From a virus (taxonomy: Duplodnaviria; Caudoviricetes), in IMG/VR virus record IMGVR_UViG_3300043567_000723: a DNA stretch of 64,000 nucleotides; one strand, written 5' to 3'. The notes beneath the pieces were generated by a model. It was given only the letters and a program-made list of their open reading frames with translations, was not told the origin of the DNA and ran no database searches. Position 1 is the first letter of the stretch. Every line of letters starts with the position of its first letter. Of the stretch, positions 1-9,307 are shown one piece after another. Both the position numbers and the translations under genes were made by a program.

Positions 1-1
1 A

Positions 2-241
2 GAAGACGGCCTGTACGCAATTGGCGCTGATTCGTTTGAAGAGTACAAAGAAAAAATGCTAGCGCTTTTTCGGGCTCTCTCTACGCGCATAATGTCGAAC
101 GTCATGCAGGAAGGTGTTCGGCGAGGTTTAGTAGACGCTGAATACGATTGCGAAAACGATCGTTTTGACTTTGAATTAACCGAAAAGGGGAAACAACTTG
201 CCGTCTTCGGATACGACGCCGACGTCGATAGTGAAGCTTAA
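2..241 (+). CDS. hypothetical protein, 5'-truncated at window edge
   Basis: Frame is open from base 2 (EDGLYAIGADSFEEYKEKMLALF...) to the stop at 241. Confidence 0.6.
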   Translation, partial: EDGLYAIGADSFEEYKEKMLALFRALSTRIMSNVMQEGVRRGLVDAEYDCENDRFDFELTEKGKQLAVFGYDADVDSEA

Positions 242-542
242 CGAGTTAATTGCCGCGTTTGAAAAAAAACAGCAAAAGTATCGCAGTTTTGGCGCAACAG
301 ATACTGAACCTGACAGGATATTTCAGCGGCTGCTCTGCGATGCTGTTAACGGTGAGACGCCGTGGATTCCGCGCACGGCTGACGCGTGGGAGTTGTACGC
401 CGACTCAATGAATTGCGACGAGGCGACCGCGGCACTAGAAAAGGCCGCCCGCGCAGTCGTGGACGCTATCGAGGCGGTCCCGATCAAGTCAGCGGGGCCC
501 ATACGAAAGCGGATCAAGGAATACTGCTGGCGGTTGCACTGA
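231..542 (+). CDS. hypothetical protein
   Basis: In the frame of track ORF 198..542. The GTG at 231 overlaps the upstream stop, as in coupled phage genes. Confidence 0.6.
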   Translation: MKLNELIAAFEKKQQKYRSFGATDTEPDRIFQRLLCDAVNGETPWIPRTADAWELYADSMNCDEATAALEKAARAVVDAIEAVPIKSAGPIRKRIKEYCWRLH

Positions 543-561
543 AGACGCACAGATTCAGTTA

Positions 562-2481
562 TCAATATCCAAAATAACTAGATCCAATTGCGTCATCGGC
601 CCAATCGTCATCATCAACAGGCGTTTGGGCTCTTACAGTGCGTTCGCTTAACCGCGCAACACCTGCAATCTCTGCAAAGTTGGGCCACGCGTTGTTTACA
701 TGCCAAAGAGCTGAGCAGCCTAAATTGACAGCCTGCGCAAAGTCGTCTGTCAATAACGTATTGCGCGTAATCGTGTAAATGTCGCCGCCCAATCGCGACT
801 CTGCTTTCTCTTCCACCAACGCAAGAAAATCTGAAATCAAACCCGGCGAATCTTGCGACGCCCAGTCGTACTGAAAGAACCGGACTTGTTTTAGTTTAAT
901 AGCCTGACACGTGTACAACAGCGATCTCGTTTTATCGAGGCTGTAGTGCGCGCGATGGTTAATTTCTGTTGGTGGTTTATAGACCATCAAATCCTGCGAT
1001 GCGGAGCGAACAAGCCGCAACGCAAGGACTCGCTCAAGATTAAACCCAGCCTGCACCATGACCGTTTCACGGACCGTGCCGGCGCCAGTGTAATCGTGAG
1101 CGACAAAATCGCAATTAAACAAATTAGACCAGCGCATACACTCAACGGCTTCGGCTAAGTGATCTCCACCAATAAGGAGACGTTTAGCCCAAAGCACATC
1201 GATTGTTCCATCGGGCCGGAATCCCAGCACAGACAGCACGGTAAAACTGACACCTGCTTCTCCGCCACCGCCCCAGTCGATCGCTAAAATGCGGTGTTTG
1301 TAATGCGACAGATTTGTAAAACACTTGGGATCTGGTTCTTTTTTGTTTTCCCAGTCTAGCAGGCATGCAGCTTTCAAATCAGTTTCGCTGATGAGCTTCT
1401 GACCGGTATCAACACTTTCTCCCATAACTTCGTTGTAGAACTGGGCTTGGGTCATATTCCCAAAGCCCTCACGTTTCAACAAAAGCGTAGACCACTTTTC
1501 AGGGTCGGAGAAATGAAGTGGCAGAATCATCTGCGGTACATGATATCCGGAAAACTGCCAGCGGCGTTCGGGATATCTGTGCACCCAGCGACCGTGTCGG
1601 GGGCTTACAGGCTTCCGGCATTTCGCGCATACGGTGCCCGGATACTTCTCGCTGATTTGATCACTGTACGGGCCGATCATTGCGTCTAAATCATATTCAA
1701 GCGCTGGAATGTTCCAGTGCTTACATGAATGACACGGAATGAACCATTCGGCTTGTGATGACCGTTTATACAAACCATAGATTAAGTTATCTAGAGTTTT
1801 TGGTGTACCCGTGTAATAACTAGTTGCCCAGCGCGAGTAAGACATGGTTTCTTGAATGATTGGCACATGATCAGGATCCATGTCTTGAACTTCGTCAATG
1901 CATACGCGGTCTGCAGACACACCGCGAATTCTGTCCGAATCAAGCAACGCGAAACTAAACAACATCATCGAGTTGTTTTTGAAAGAGCGTTGCAACACAG
2001 AGTTCTCTGTTGACGTTCCACTCCACTGCGCTTTCACCGGCGACTGATCTATAAATGGACGCACATAGTTGTTTGAAAACCGCCTAATTTGTTCATACAG
2101 CGGTGTAATAAACAACGTCTTAAAAAACGGTATAGAGTTGGCAACTACAACTCCATGCGCTGCTAGACTGGTCGATTTTGATACCTGCCGACCCGTGCAC
2201 CACACTTGATTTTTAGGGGTGAGTAACCTAAAAAGGGGGGCAAACGGAAAATGGTTCTGGAGACTATATGGCCGCCCATTAAGATTCAGAACCATCGGCA
2301 AAATTGGCTCCAACGACGGAAACGCGTGTTGCTGAGCCAATTCCTTTAATACAACCGCGCGTGCTTGTACAGAAGCCGCGTCTGTTGGGTTGATTGAGAT
2401 TAATTCCTGTATGAGCGCTTGAACGCCGGCGGACGGCATCTCAAGCGCACTATTTGCATGATCTGGTTTAACCATGACCAA
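562..2481 (-). CDS. terL: terminase large subunit, lambda GpA-like
   Basis: Walker A-like TGRQVSKS, Walker B RVCIDEVQD, TGTPKT coupling motif, CxxC pair (PCHSCKH, VCAKCRK) typical of GpA-type enzymes, and RNase H-like nuclease AIDWGGG...DDFAQA. The true start may be the ATG at 2439. Confidence 0.88.
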   Translation of the reverse strand: MVMVKPDHANSALEMPSAGVQALIQELISINPTDAASVQARAVVLKELAQQHAFPSLEPILPMVLNLNGRPYSLQNHFPFAPLFRLLTPKNQVWCTGRQVSKSTSLAAHGVVVANSIPFFKTLFITPLYEQIRRFSNNYVRPFIDQSPVKAQWSGTSTENSVLQRSFKNNSMMLFSFALLDSDRIRGVSADRVCIDEVQDMDPDHVPIIQETMSYSRWATSYYTGTPKTLDNLIYGLYKRSSQAEWFIPCHSCKHWNIPALEYDLDAMIGPYSDQISEKYPGTVCAKCRKPVSPRHGRWVHRYPERRWQFSGYHVPQMILPLHFSDPEKWSTLLLKREGFGNMTQAQFYNEVMGESVDTGQKLISETDLKAACLLDWENKKEPDPKCFTNLSHYKHRILAIDWGGGGEAGVSFTVLSVLGFRPDGTIDVLWAKRLLIGGDHLAEAVECMRWSNLFNCDFVAHDYTGAGTVRETVMVQAGFNLERVLALRLVRSASQDLMVYKPPTEINHRAHYSLDKTRSLLYTCQAIKLKQVRFFQYDWASQDSPGLISDFLALVEEKAESRLGGDIYTITRNTLLTDDFAQAVNLGCSALWHVNNAWPNFAEIAGVARLSERTVRAQTPVDDDDWADDAIGSSYFGY

Positions 2482-2641
2482 CTATAACAATTCGGGTAGC
2501 GAGTTTGAATTTCAATGGGTAGAGGAAGCCGTAAAATTTACAGGTTATGTGTTCCTTGCCGGCCTCGTTGGCCTATCGCACGCGGCTAGCTCGGCATACG
2601 AGATAGCCCGTGATGCGATCAAAGAAACAACTCGCAAGTAA
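2474..2641 (+). CDS. small putative membrane protein (55 aa, not in ORF track)
   Basis: Read by hand: MTNYNNSGSEFEFQWVEEAVKFTGYVFLAGLVGLSHAASSAYEIARDAIKETTRK*, with one hydrophobic segment. Confidence 0.45.
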   Translation: MTNYNNSGSEFEFQWVEEAVKFTGYVFLAGLVGLSHAASSAYEIARDAIKETTRK

Positions 2642-2699
2642 ACAGTTCGCGTCGGAGTATACTAAACGGTGACTCTGACGCTTACTCATAGGAGCAGTT

Positions 2700-2924
2700 A
2701 TGGCTACAGTTGGACGATCTGCCAAGCTCTATCAAGAGCGCAAACGCATTTACACAGAAGGTACCTTGCGCGGTCCCGGCCCGCAAATCTACCTTCCCGA
2801 TAACGCCGTAAACCATCTTAAACTTGAGGCGCCGTTGCCGCTACCCAAATTTCAAAATAACCCCAGCGCGCCGGACAACGCACTAACACAGGTGTGGCCC
2901 CACGGCGACAAATACATAACATAA
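2700..2924 (+). CDS. hypothetical protein
   Basis: SD-like AGGAG upstream; first gene of a tightly packed run. Confidence 0.6.
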   Translation: MATVGRSAKLYQERKRIYTEGTLRGPGPQIYLPDNAVNHLKLEAPLPLPKFQNNPSAPDNALTQVWPHGDKYIT

Positions 2925-2927
2925 TCA

Positions 2928-3113
2928 ATGGCGCAGCCTGACCCGAATACGACGTTTGCTGGTTACGCTGCTTTGCTGCTAATCGGCGGAATTATTGCAA
3001 TTCCGCAAATTGGCGCAGCCGGCTTGATTGCGGCTAGTGCAGCAATCTATAGTGGCGCATGCTTCATGCGAGGCTATAACGAACAACCGGTTAAACGAAG
3101 AAAGAAAAAATGA
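2928..3113 (+). CDS. small membrane protein with basic C-tail
   Basis: Two hydrophobic stretches followed by KRRKKK; ATGA overlap with the next gene. Confidence 0.55.
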   Translation: MAQPDPNTTFAGYAALLLIGGIIAIPQIGAAGLIAASAAIYSGACFMRGYNEQPVKRRKKK

Positions 3114-3454
3114 TCTCGGTATTGGATTTTCTTGCGGTCACGCTTGCTTCTGGCGCGGTAATAGACGTCTGGCACAAGGGCTCTATTTTCGAAACGCCGC
3201 GCGCATATGCGCAAGCTATGCAAGACATAACCCCACGAGAAACAATAAAGGGACGGCTGCTTGAGCTAATCAATTGCCCTTTTTGCAAATCGTACCATAT
3301 TCCCTTCTATCTGTTTTTAGCGCTCTTGGCAGGAAATTGGTTTGGGGGTATTGTGGGTTTTTGCGTGACGTTAGTGATCTACAGCTGGGCCGCGACCCGG
3401 CTCGGCAATATCGTCAACGGCATGCTACCGACAGACGCCCGCTACGACCAATAA
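3110..3454 (+). CDS. DUF1360-like membrane protein
   Basis: LINCPFCKSYH motif between transmembrane segments, resembling the DUF1360 CPxC motif. Confidence 0.55.
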   Translation: MISVLDFLAVTLASGAVIDVWHKGSIFETPRAYAQAMQDITPRETIKGRLLELINCPFCKSYHIPFYLFLALLAGNWFGGIVGFCVTLVIYSWAATRLGNIVNGMLPTDARYDQ

Positions 3455-3472
3455 CACGTAAGGATTGACTAG

Positions 3473-3871
3473 ATGGCTTCAGAACAAATTCAAACGCAAG
3501 CTGAAATTAGTGTAGAGCGCCTTCCGTTTGATGCAGAGTTTTTTAAACGTAGCGAAGAATTTTGCAACGACGTATTGGCCGCGGTTCCTGAACTTTCTGG
3601 TATTGCATTAGTCCCGCTTTGGCAAAATCAACCAGAAAAAATGCCCGCAGGTCTTCTCAGGCTCCGAAACTCGCAACCGCCGTTTTTGGCTAGTTTGCTG
3701 GGTTTGCTCGGCCGACTCACTAGTTTTGGCGTAGACGTTCATAAGGATCTGATTGGTCAACTCAAGATGTACGACCAATATGCCGCAGAACTTGCAGAAC
3801 GCATTAAATCGCAAACTGACGAACTAAACAAACTCGCAGAGTCGGCAAATACAACAACTAATGAACAATGA
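3473..3871 (+). CDS. hypothetical protein with C-terminal coiled coil
   Basis: Intact ORF in operon; heptad-like C-terminus. Confidence 0.6.
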   Translation: MASEQIQTQAEISVERLPFDAEFFKRSEEFCNDVLAAVPELSGIALVPLWQNQPEKMPAGLLRLRNSQPPFLASLLGLLGRLTSFGVDVHKDLIGQLKMYDQYAAELAERIKSQTDELNKLAESANTTTNEQ

Positions 3872-4175
3872 TTTATCGGCAAACATTCCAGTAGATACAA
3901 CAAGACAAACGCTTATCAACGTTTTACGCGAACAATTTGCAACACGCGACGCAGAAGAATTGCGCAAATTGTTAGAGACGCAGTACGGCGAGCAGATGTG
4001 GGACAGCGAGCAGCTTCTTAACGAATTTGAAGTTTCGCATTTCGACCCGCCGTACGTTCACGTCATTAGAAAAGTAGACGGCGTTGCTGGTACCGTCGCA
4101 TTTAACGAAGAACCACGATTCTATTTCTCATTCAAACCAATAAAGGCCGAAAACCATGTCAGAGGGTCGACATGA
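3861..4175 (+). CDS. hypothetical protein
   Basis: Intact ORF overlapping both neighbours. Confidence 0.6.
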   Translation: MNNDLSANIPVDTTRQTLINVLREQFATRDAEELRKLLETQYGEQMWDSEQLLNEFEVSHFDPPYVHVIRKVDGVAGTVAFNEEPRFYFSFKPIKAENHVRGST

Positions 4176-4518
4176 GTACGATACCGGCGCTGTTCGTAGC
4201 GATGATTGCGATCAGGTACGTTACGATTTGATTTCTCCCATTGGTTTGCGCGCGTTAGCCAGAACGTACGACGAGGGCGCAAAAAAGTTTGGGCCGTACA
4301 ACTGGGAAAACGGTATGCCGGTTGCGGATCTACTGAATCACGCAATTGCGCATATCTTCAGTTTCTTGAACGGCGATCGCACAGAGGAACATTTGGCGCA
4401 CGCCACATGGAATCTAATCGGCGCTGTCCACTCATACGAAAAGTGGCCAGAACTAAACGCCGGTATGCTGCGCGACGCAAAAGGCGATGTTCCGCCCGCC
4501 TATAAAACAAGCAAGTAA
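4156..4518 (+). CDS. dATP/dGTP diphosphohydrolase domain protein (DUF5664-like)
   Basis: TGAVR...RYDLISP..LRALARTYDEGAKKFGPYNWENG...NHAIAH...HLAHATWN matches the family pattern. Confidence 0.8.
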   Translation: MSEGRHEYDTGAVRSDDCDQVRYDLISPIGLRALARTYDEGAKKFGPYNWENGMPVADLLNHAIAHIFSFLNGDRTEEHLAHATWNLIGAVHSYEKWPELNAGMLRDAKGDVPPAYKTSK

Positions 4519-4621
4519 CCGGCATATTTTGTCGGGGGTTGCTTTTGATTTTGGGCGGTGTATTTTTCATTTAGCCGCGCGAACTGATTTGTTTCGGTCG
4601 CGGCATTACTAGGAGGAAGTT

Positions 4622-5503
4622 ATGGCTAAAGCTGATGACTTTATCAGCCCTGCGAATTTGTGGGGTAAACCGCTCCCCGGTTCCATGAGCAAATCCGCAG
4701 CCACGGAAACTACAAAGAAAAAGGCGACAGGGATGAGAGCCGAAGACGAAGATTACGAAGACGACGACGAGACCGCACAAGAAGTTGACGACGCTGAAGA
4801 AGACGTTGACGTAGAACTTGAAGACGCTACACCCGTAGCAGAACTCGACGAAGTGGATGACGAAGAAGCCTATGTCGAGGCCGAGGTAACGGAAGAAGAG
4901 GAAGAAGACGACGACGAGACGGAATATGCGCCCGAAGAGGGCGATGAAGACGATGTAGAAATTGCGGCAGAAAACGAGGAGGAAGTCGACGCCACTGTGG
5001 ACGCCGACGAAGAAGAAGTTTCCGAAGAAGCAACTGCGCCGGTTAATTCCGGCACTACAAAGAAGAAGGTGCGAGATATGGCTACTAAGCTGAGCGGTGC
5101 TGATCACATTCGTAATGAAATTGCGAAGCGGCAGGAAACTGGCGCATCGCTTCGCGGCGTTGATATCGTGGCCGCACTGGCCAAGAAGAACATCACGGTA
5201 AGTCCGGCACAGGTGAGCCAGTTGCTGAAGAAGTCTGGCGCGCCGGCCAAGAAGCCCGCGGCTGCAAAGCCGGAGGGTAAGAGTTTTGTAGCAGCGCGCG
5301 TTGGTAGGAAGACGGCTGAAGTTGAGCAGCCGCGGAAGGCGAACCGCACGCCCGCTCCGGCCGCTCCCGCGCGGTCGACAAATCTGCCGATGACGCAGAT
5401 CAAGGCCGCAGGTGCGTTTCTGGAAGCCTGCGACGGTTGCTACGACACAGCGCGCGATATCCTCAGCGCGCACAAGCAGCTCGCCACAGAATTCGGCGGC
5501 TGA
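4622..5503 (+). CDS. putative nucleoid/DNA-binding protein: long D/E tract plus basic HTH-like domain
   Basis: AGGAGG SD; about 95-aa acidic tract, then IRNEI...IVAALAKKNITVSPAQVSQLLKK and K/A/P-rich linker. Confidence 0.65.
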   Translation: MAKADDFISPANLWGKPLPGSMSKSAATETTKKKATGMRAEDEDYEDDDETAQEVDDAEEDVDVELEDATPVAELDEVDDEEAYVEAEVTEEEEEDDDETEYAPEEGDEDDVEIAAENEEEVDATVDADEEEVSEEATAPVNSGTTKKKVRDMATKLSGADHIRNEIAKRQETGASLRGVDIVAALAKKNITVSPAQVSQLLKKSGAPAKKPAAAKPEGKSFVAARVGRKTAEVEQPRKANRTPAPAAPARSTNLPMTQIKAAGAFLEACDGCYDTARDILSAHKQLATEFGG

Positions 5504-5516
5504 GCCGTTTTCGGCG

Positions 5517-5568
5517 ATCTACCCGCGCGGCGTTAGTCAGGGAGGGCTAACGCCGTAGCGGGGTAGAT
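5517..5568 (+). terminator. long GC-rich hairpin after gene, probable terminator or processing stem
   Basis: ATCTACCCGC-GCGGCGTTAGTC / GGCTAACGCCGT-A-GCGGGTAGAT arms with AGGGAG loop. A second perfect 10-bp stem lies at 5578..5600. Confidence 0.55.
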
Positions 5569-5674
5569 AATCTCTTCGTATCCGCTACGCTAGCGGATAC
5601 CCACCACGGAGCACGATATGGCTACGGCCAACGTATGCCCGTTGCCAACGGTTAGGCTCCAGCGAGCTTTCGTT

Positions 5675-5911
5675 ATGCCAGCGGGCACAATTAAACGGGT
5701 TCACGTCAACCAACACATCGTCAGAGCCAACAAAAAAACCGGAGCGCAAGATTCGGTCATTACAGTGCAATGGCGAAATAAATCATACACGGCCAAACGT
5801 TTAAAAATTCTTGGCGAGTCAACCGCAATTTACTCACCAGAGAAGCCGTTGAAATGCGGAGCACACGTGTGGATTGAAACCACAGCACCAATCGAGATTG
5901 ATAACCGATGA
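5675..5911 (+). CDS. conserved phage hypothetical protein
   Basis: IKRVHVNQHIVRANKK...YSPEKPLKCGAHVWIET motif, recalled from aquatic phage proteins. The ATG at 5675 is in frame with track ORF 5618. Confidence 0.65.
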   Translation: MPAGTIKRVHVNQHIVRANKKTGAQDSVITVQWRNKSYTAKRLKILGESTAIYSPEKPLKCGAHVWIETTAPIEIDNR

Positions 5912-6228
5912 GTGCTTACGACGACCCAAAAGAAATAGCAGCTGATCGCGAACGTATATTGACCGCGCTAGATGCATTAAACAATTTACGCGAACGTTAT
6001 AAAGACGTTATTGCAATTCCCGAGGTCGTCGCATTGCACGACATAACGGAATACCACTTAGACACGCCGCGCGGTCCAAAACAGTTTAAAAAAATCTACA
6101 ACAGAGCAGCAGCCGTTGCTGTGCTTGAATATTTTGCGGGCACTGATTACATATCGCCCGAGCTATTTGAAAGCACAATCATGTGCGCACTACAAGATTA
6201 CCCACAAAGAAAGGTTAACAAAGGCTGA
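5908..6228 (+). CDS. hypothetical protein
   Basis: ATGA overlap; intact ORF. Confidence 0.6.
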   Translation: MSAYDDPKEIAADRERILTALDALNNLRERYKDVIAIPEVVALHDITEYHLDTPRGPKQFKKIYNRAAAVAVLEYFAGTDYISPELFESTIMCALQDYPQRKVNKG

Positions 6229-6231
6229 CCC

Positions 6232-6594
6232 ATGAGTCACATTGTTCAGATCAAGACGGAAGTAAAGGACGGCGCCGCGGTGCAGGCGGCTTGCCGTCGA
6301 CTGGGGCTGAAGGAGCCGACCAGCGGTAAGTTTCGCGTGTTCTCGGTGGAGCGCGAAGGTCTCGGCGTTATGCTGCCCGGCTGGCAGTACCCGGTTGTTT
6401 GCAACCTGACGTCCGGCGCCGTGGATTTTGATAACTATAACGGTTCGTGGGGCAAGCAGGAGGAGCTGGACAAGTTCCTGCAGGCTTACGCCGTTGAGAA
6501 GGCCACCTTTGAAGCCCAGAAGGGCGGCTACTCGGTGTACGAAGAAGTTCTGGCTGACGGTTCGATCAAGCTCAACCTGACCGGAGGATTCTAA
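6232..6594 (+). CDS. DUF1257 (Ycf35-like) protein
   Basis: MSHIVQIKTEVKD...FDNYNGSWG...FLQAYAVEKA..EAQKGGYSVYEEVLADGSIKL signature. Confidence 0.8.
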   Translation: MSHIVQIKTEVKDGAAVQAACRRLGLKEPTSGKFRVFSVEREGLGVMLPGWQYPVVCNLTSGAVDFDNYNGSWGKQEELDKFLQAYAVEKATFEAQKGGYSVYEEVLADGSIKLNLTGGF

Positions 6595-6596
6595 TT

Positions 6597-6788
6597 ATGA
6601 CGAAGACTATCGAAATCACGATCACGCCCAAGGGCGAAACCAAGATCTCAACCAGCGGGTTTAGCGGTAGTTCGTGTCAGGACGCCACGCGCGAACTCGA
6701 AAAGGCGCTAGGCGCGCAGATTGATGAGCAGCTGACCGGCGAGTATTACGCCGCCGCAAACGAGCAGCAGATCGAAACGCAGAACTAA
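6597..6788 (+). CDS. DUF2997 protein
   Basis: IEITITPKGETKISTSGFSGSSCQDATRELEKALG...LTGEYY signature. Confidence 0.8.
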   Translation: MTKTIEITITPKGETKISTSGFSGSSCQDATRELEKALGAQIDEQLTGEYYAAANEQQIETQN

Positions 6789-6801
6789 CCAAAGGGAACA
6801 C

Positions 6802-8286
6802 ATGTCGCTCGACAAAGAGATCAAAGAACTTGTGTGCGCTGGTTTCAGCGGTATCTGGATCGAATCGCAGGAGTGCGACGATGCAATTGCGACGGTGAAG
6901 GCCGCCGCCGAATCGAAAGATTGGGGTTTTGATATCTGGGACATTGATCGAAAGCTGTATTCCGGCACGTTCTCGGCGCCCGGCCCGCTGCAGGCGCTAC
7001 AGTTTCTTGATCAGCCAAAAATGAAGCCGACCTCGTTGCTGGTCCTAAAGAACTTTCACCGGTTCTTGGGCAACCCGGAGGTTCTGCAGGCGCTGGCCAA
7101 CCACGTCGTTAAGGGCAAGGGCGAGGGCCAGCACATTATCATTGTGGCCCCGGTGCTGCAGCTGCAGCCCGAGGTAGAGAAGCTGTTTACGGTTGTGCAC
7201 CACGAACTCCCTGACACGGAGCAGCTGAAGTCGGTGTGCAACGCGTTGTTTGAAGAAGAGTCGGCGTTCGCGAAGCCGACTGAGGAAGAAGTCGCGGCGG
7301 TTGTTGACGCGTCTCGTGGCCTAACGCGGCTGGAGGCGGAGAACGCCTACGCGCTGTCGTTGGTGCATAACAACAAGTTAGTGCCGGATACGATCTGGGG
7401 TATCAAGGCCCAGACGCTTGAAAAGAGCGGCACGATGACGCTATATCGCGGCGACGCTAACTTTGAAAACCTTGGCGGCCTTGAAAACCTCAAGTCGTTC
7501 TGTCTACGCGCCATGCGGCGACAGGGCGAAACAAACGTGGACAAGCGCCCCAAGGGTGTACTTTTGCTGTCGCCTCCGGGCTGCGGCAAGTCGCAGTTTG
7601 CCAAGGCGTTGGGCAATGAAGTCGGTCGGCCGACTGTCATGCTAGACTTCGGTAGCTTGATGGGTAAGTTCGTGGGCGAGTCCGAGGGCAACATGCGTCG
7701 GGCGCTCAAGCAGGTTGACGCGATGGCGCCGTGCGTGCTGTTCGTCGACGAGATCGAGAAGGGTTTGGCTGGCGTCGGTAGCTCCGGCCAGACTGACTCT
7801 GGCGTATCTGCTCGCCTGTTCGGTACGTTGCTGACGTGGCTCAATGACCACACCAGCGACGTGTTCTTCATCGGCACCTGTAATGACGCCAGCCAGCTGC
7901 CGGCGCCGTTCGCGCGTGCTGAGCGTTTCGACGGTGTGTTCTTTGTGGATCTGCCGTGCGCCGAGCAGCGCGCGGCAATCTGGAATATCTACATGACGCA
8001 GTTTGGTATCGAAGAAGCGCAGGATAAGCCTGACGACACCAACTGGACTGGCGCCGAGATCAAGTCCTGCTGCCGACTGGCGGCGTTGCTTGAGATCCCG
8101 CTTGTAGAAGCTGCTTTGAATGTTGTGCCCGTGTCTGTAACGTCAGCCGAGCCAATTGAGAAGCTTCGCCAGTGGGCAGAAGGTCGGTGCCTCTCGGCTG
8201 ATAGTCGCGGGATCTACAGTCGCGTGGGAAAGGCCGCGGCAACGGCTAGCGGCCGGCGCCGTGTGGCGTCGCCGTCGAAAAATTAA
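6802..8286 (+). CDS. AAA+ ATPase, Ycf46-like
   Basis: Walker A SPPGCGKS, Walker B LFVDEIEK, second region of homology RAERFD; degenerate N-terminal AAA module. Confidence 0.88.
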   Translation: MSLDKEIKELVCAGFSGIWIESQECDDAIATVKAAAESKDWGFDIWDIDRKLYSGTFSAPGPLQALQFLDQPKMKPTSLLVLKNFHRFLGNPEVLQALANHVVKGKGEGQHIIIVAPVLQLQPEVEKLFTVVHHELPDTEQLKSVCNALFEEESAFAKPTEEEVAAVVDASRGLTRLEAENAYALSLVHNNKLVPDTIWGIKAQTLEKSGTMTLYRGDANFENLGGLENLKSFCLRAMRRQGETNVDKRPKGVLLLSPPGCGKSQFAKALGNEVGRPTVMLDFGSLMGKFVGESEGNMRRALKQVDAMAPCVLFVDEIEKGLAGVGSSGQTDSGVSARLFGTLLTWLNDHTSDVFFIGTCNDASQLPAPFARAERFDGVFFVDLPCAEQRAAIWNIYMTQFGIEEAQDKPDDTNWTGAEIKSCCRLAALLEIPLVEAALNVVPVSVTSAEPIEKLRQWAEGRCLSADSRGIYSRVGKAAATASGRRRVASPSKN

Positions 8287-8292
8287 GTTATG

Positions 8293-8339
8293 GCAACACT
8301 GCGGCTGCGGGGTGTAAAAACCCCGCAGCTGTGGGTTGC
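8293..8339 (+). terminator. hairpin after AAA gene
   Basis: GCAAC..GCGGCTGCGGGGT-GTAAAA-ACCCCGCAGCTGT..GTTGC. Confidence 0.5.
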
Positions 8340-8360
8340 TGAAAAACACAAAGGTAAAAA

Positions 8361-9305
8361 ATGTCTACAGTAGAAATGTCGGATACAGAAAACCAGTCGG
8401 TTGCGCAGACGGCCAACGAACTGCGTCAGACAATGGGCGCGGTTAAGTTATCATTCTCGTGGCTTGGAACGCAGCGAAAGCTTTCTGACGCGCAGACAAA
8501 GCAGGCTGCAGATACTTTTGACGCGGCTACAGATCTTGTTACCGCGTCCAAGCGCTTGATCGATACCAAGCATCCGGCGTATCGCGCTGCCACAGCCATC
8601 AAGAGTCAGGCGTCTGCTTTCTGGCGCGGTATTACGTTGCCGTATCCGCAAGAGGGTACGCGGCTAATCAAGCAAGACGACATTGCGCGTTTTGAAGAAA
8701 CGATGAGCGGCTACAAGGAACAGCTCGCAGCGGCTGTTTCCAACCTGCAGCTTGAATACGAGACGATCAAAAATGCTGCCCGCGAAAAGCTTGGTAGCCT
8801 GTATAACGCGAATGACTACCCGGCAACGCTAGAAGGCGTTTTTGATATCTCTTGGGAATATCCGCCGGTCGAGCCGCCGCGATATCTTGTAGCCTTGAAT
8901 CCCGGTGTATATCAGGCCGAGCAGGGTCGCGTACAGCAGCGTTTTGAGACGGCGGTCGCCATGGCCGAAAACGCGTTTGCGGAAACACTGCAAGAGTTGG
9001 TCAGCCACCTTATTGAGCGGCTAACCGACGAACCTGACGGCACAAAGAAAACATTCCGTGCCAGTGCTGTCGAAAACTTCAAAGAGTTTTACGACAATTT
9101 TCGCCGCATGAATGTGCGCTCAAACGCGCAGCTTGAGCAGCTGATTGAAAACGCAAACGCGCTTGTCGCTGGAGTCGACCCCAAGGAGTTGCGCAAAAAC
9201 GAACAGCTGCAAACCCAGCTGCGCACACAGATGGGCGACCTAAAGAATTCGCTGGATAATTTGATCACCAATGCGCCTCGTCGGCGTGTTATGCCGATGG
9301 AGTAA
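8361..9305 (+). CDS. DUF3150-like helical protein
   Basis: 314-aa helical/coiled-coil protein (TLPYPQEGTRLI, YNANDYP) of the kind that accompanies DUF1257/DUF2997/AAA loci. Confidence 0.55.
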   Translation: MSTVEMSDTENQSVAQTANELRQTMGAVKLSFSWLGTQRKLSDAQTKQAADTFDAATDLVTASKRLIDTKHPAYRAATAIKSQASAFWRGITLPYPQEGTRLIKQDDIARFEETMSGYKEQLAAAVSNLQLEYETIKNAAREKLGSLYNANDYPATLEGVFDISWEYPPVEPPRYLVALNPGVYQAEQGRVQQRFETAVAMAENAFAETLQELVSHLIERLTDEPDGTKKTFRASAVENFKEFYDNFRRMNVRSNAQLEQLIENANALVAGVDPKELRKNEQLQTQLRTQMGDLKNSLDNLITNAPRRRVMPME

Positions 9306-9307
9306 GT

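Noticed and set aside
4156-4518. 2-aminoadenine (Z) genome call
   Set aside because: No PurZ-like adenylosuccinate synthetase is present in the window; the diphosphohydrolase alone is insufficient.
4571-5473. 300-aa minus-strand ORF
   Set aside because: Antisense shadow of the low-complexity acidic gene 4622..5503; F/V/L-rich translation of reversed GAA/GAC codons, with no motifs.
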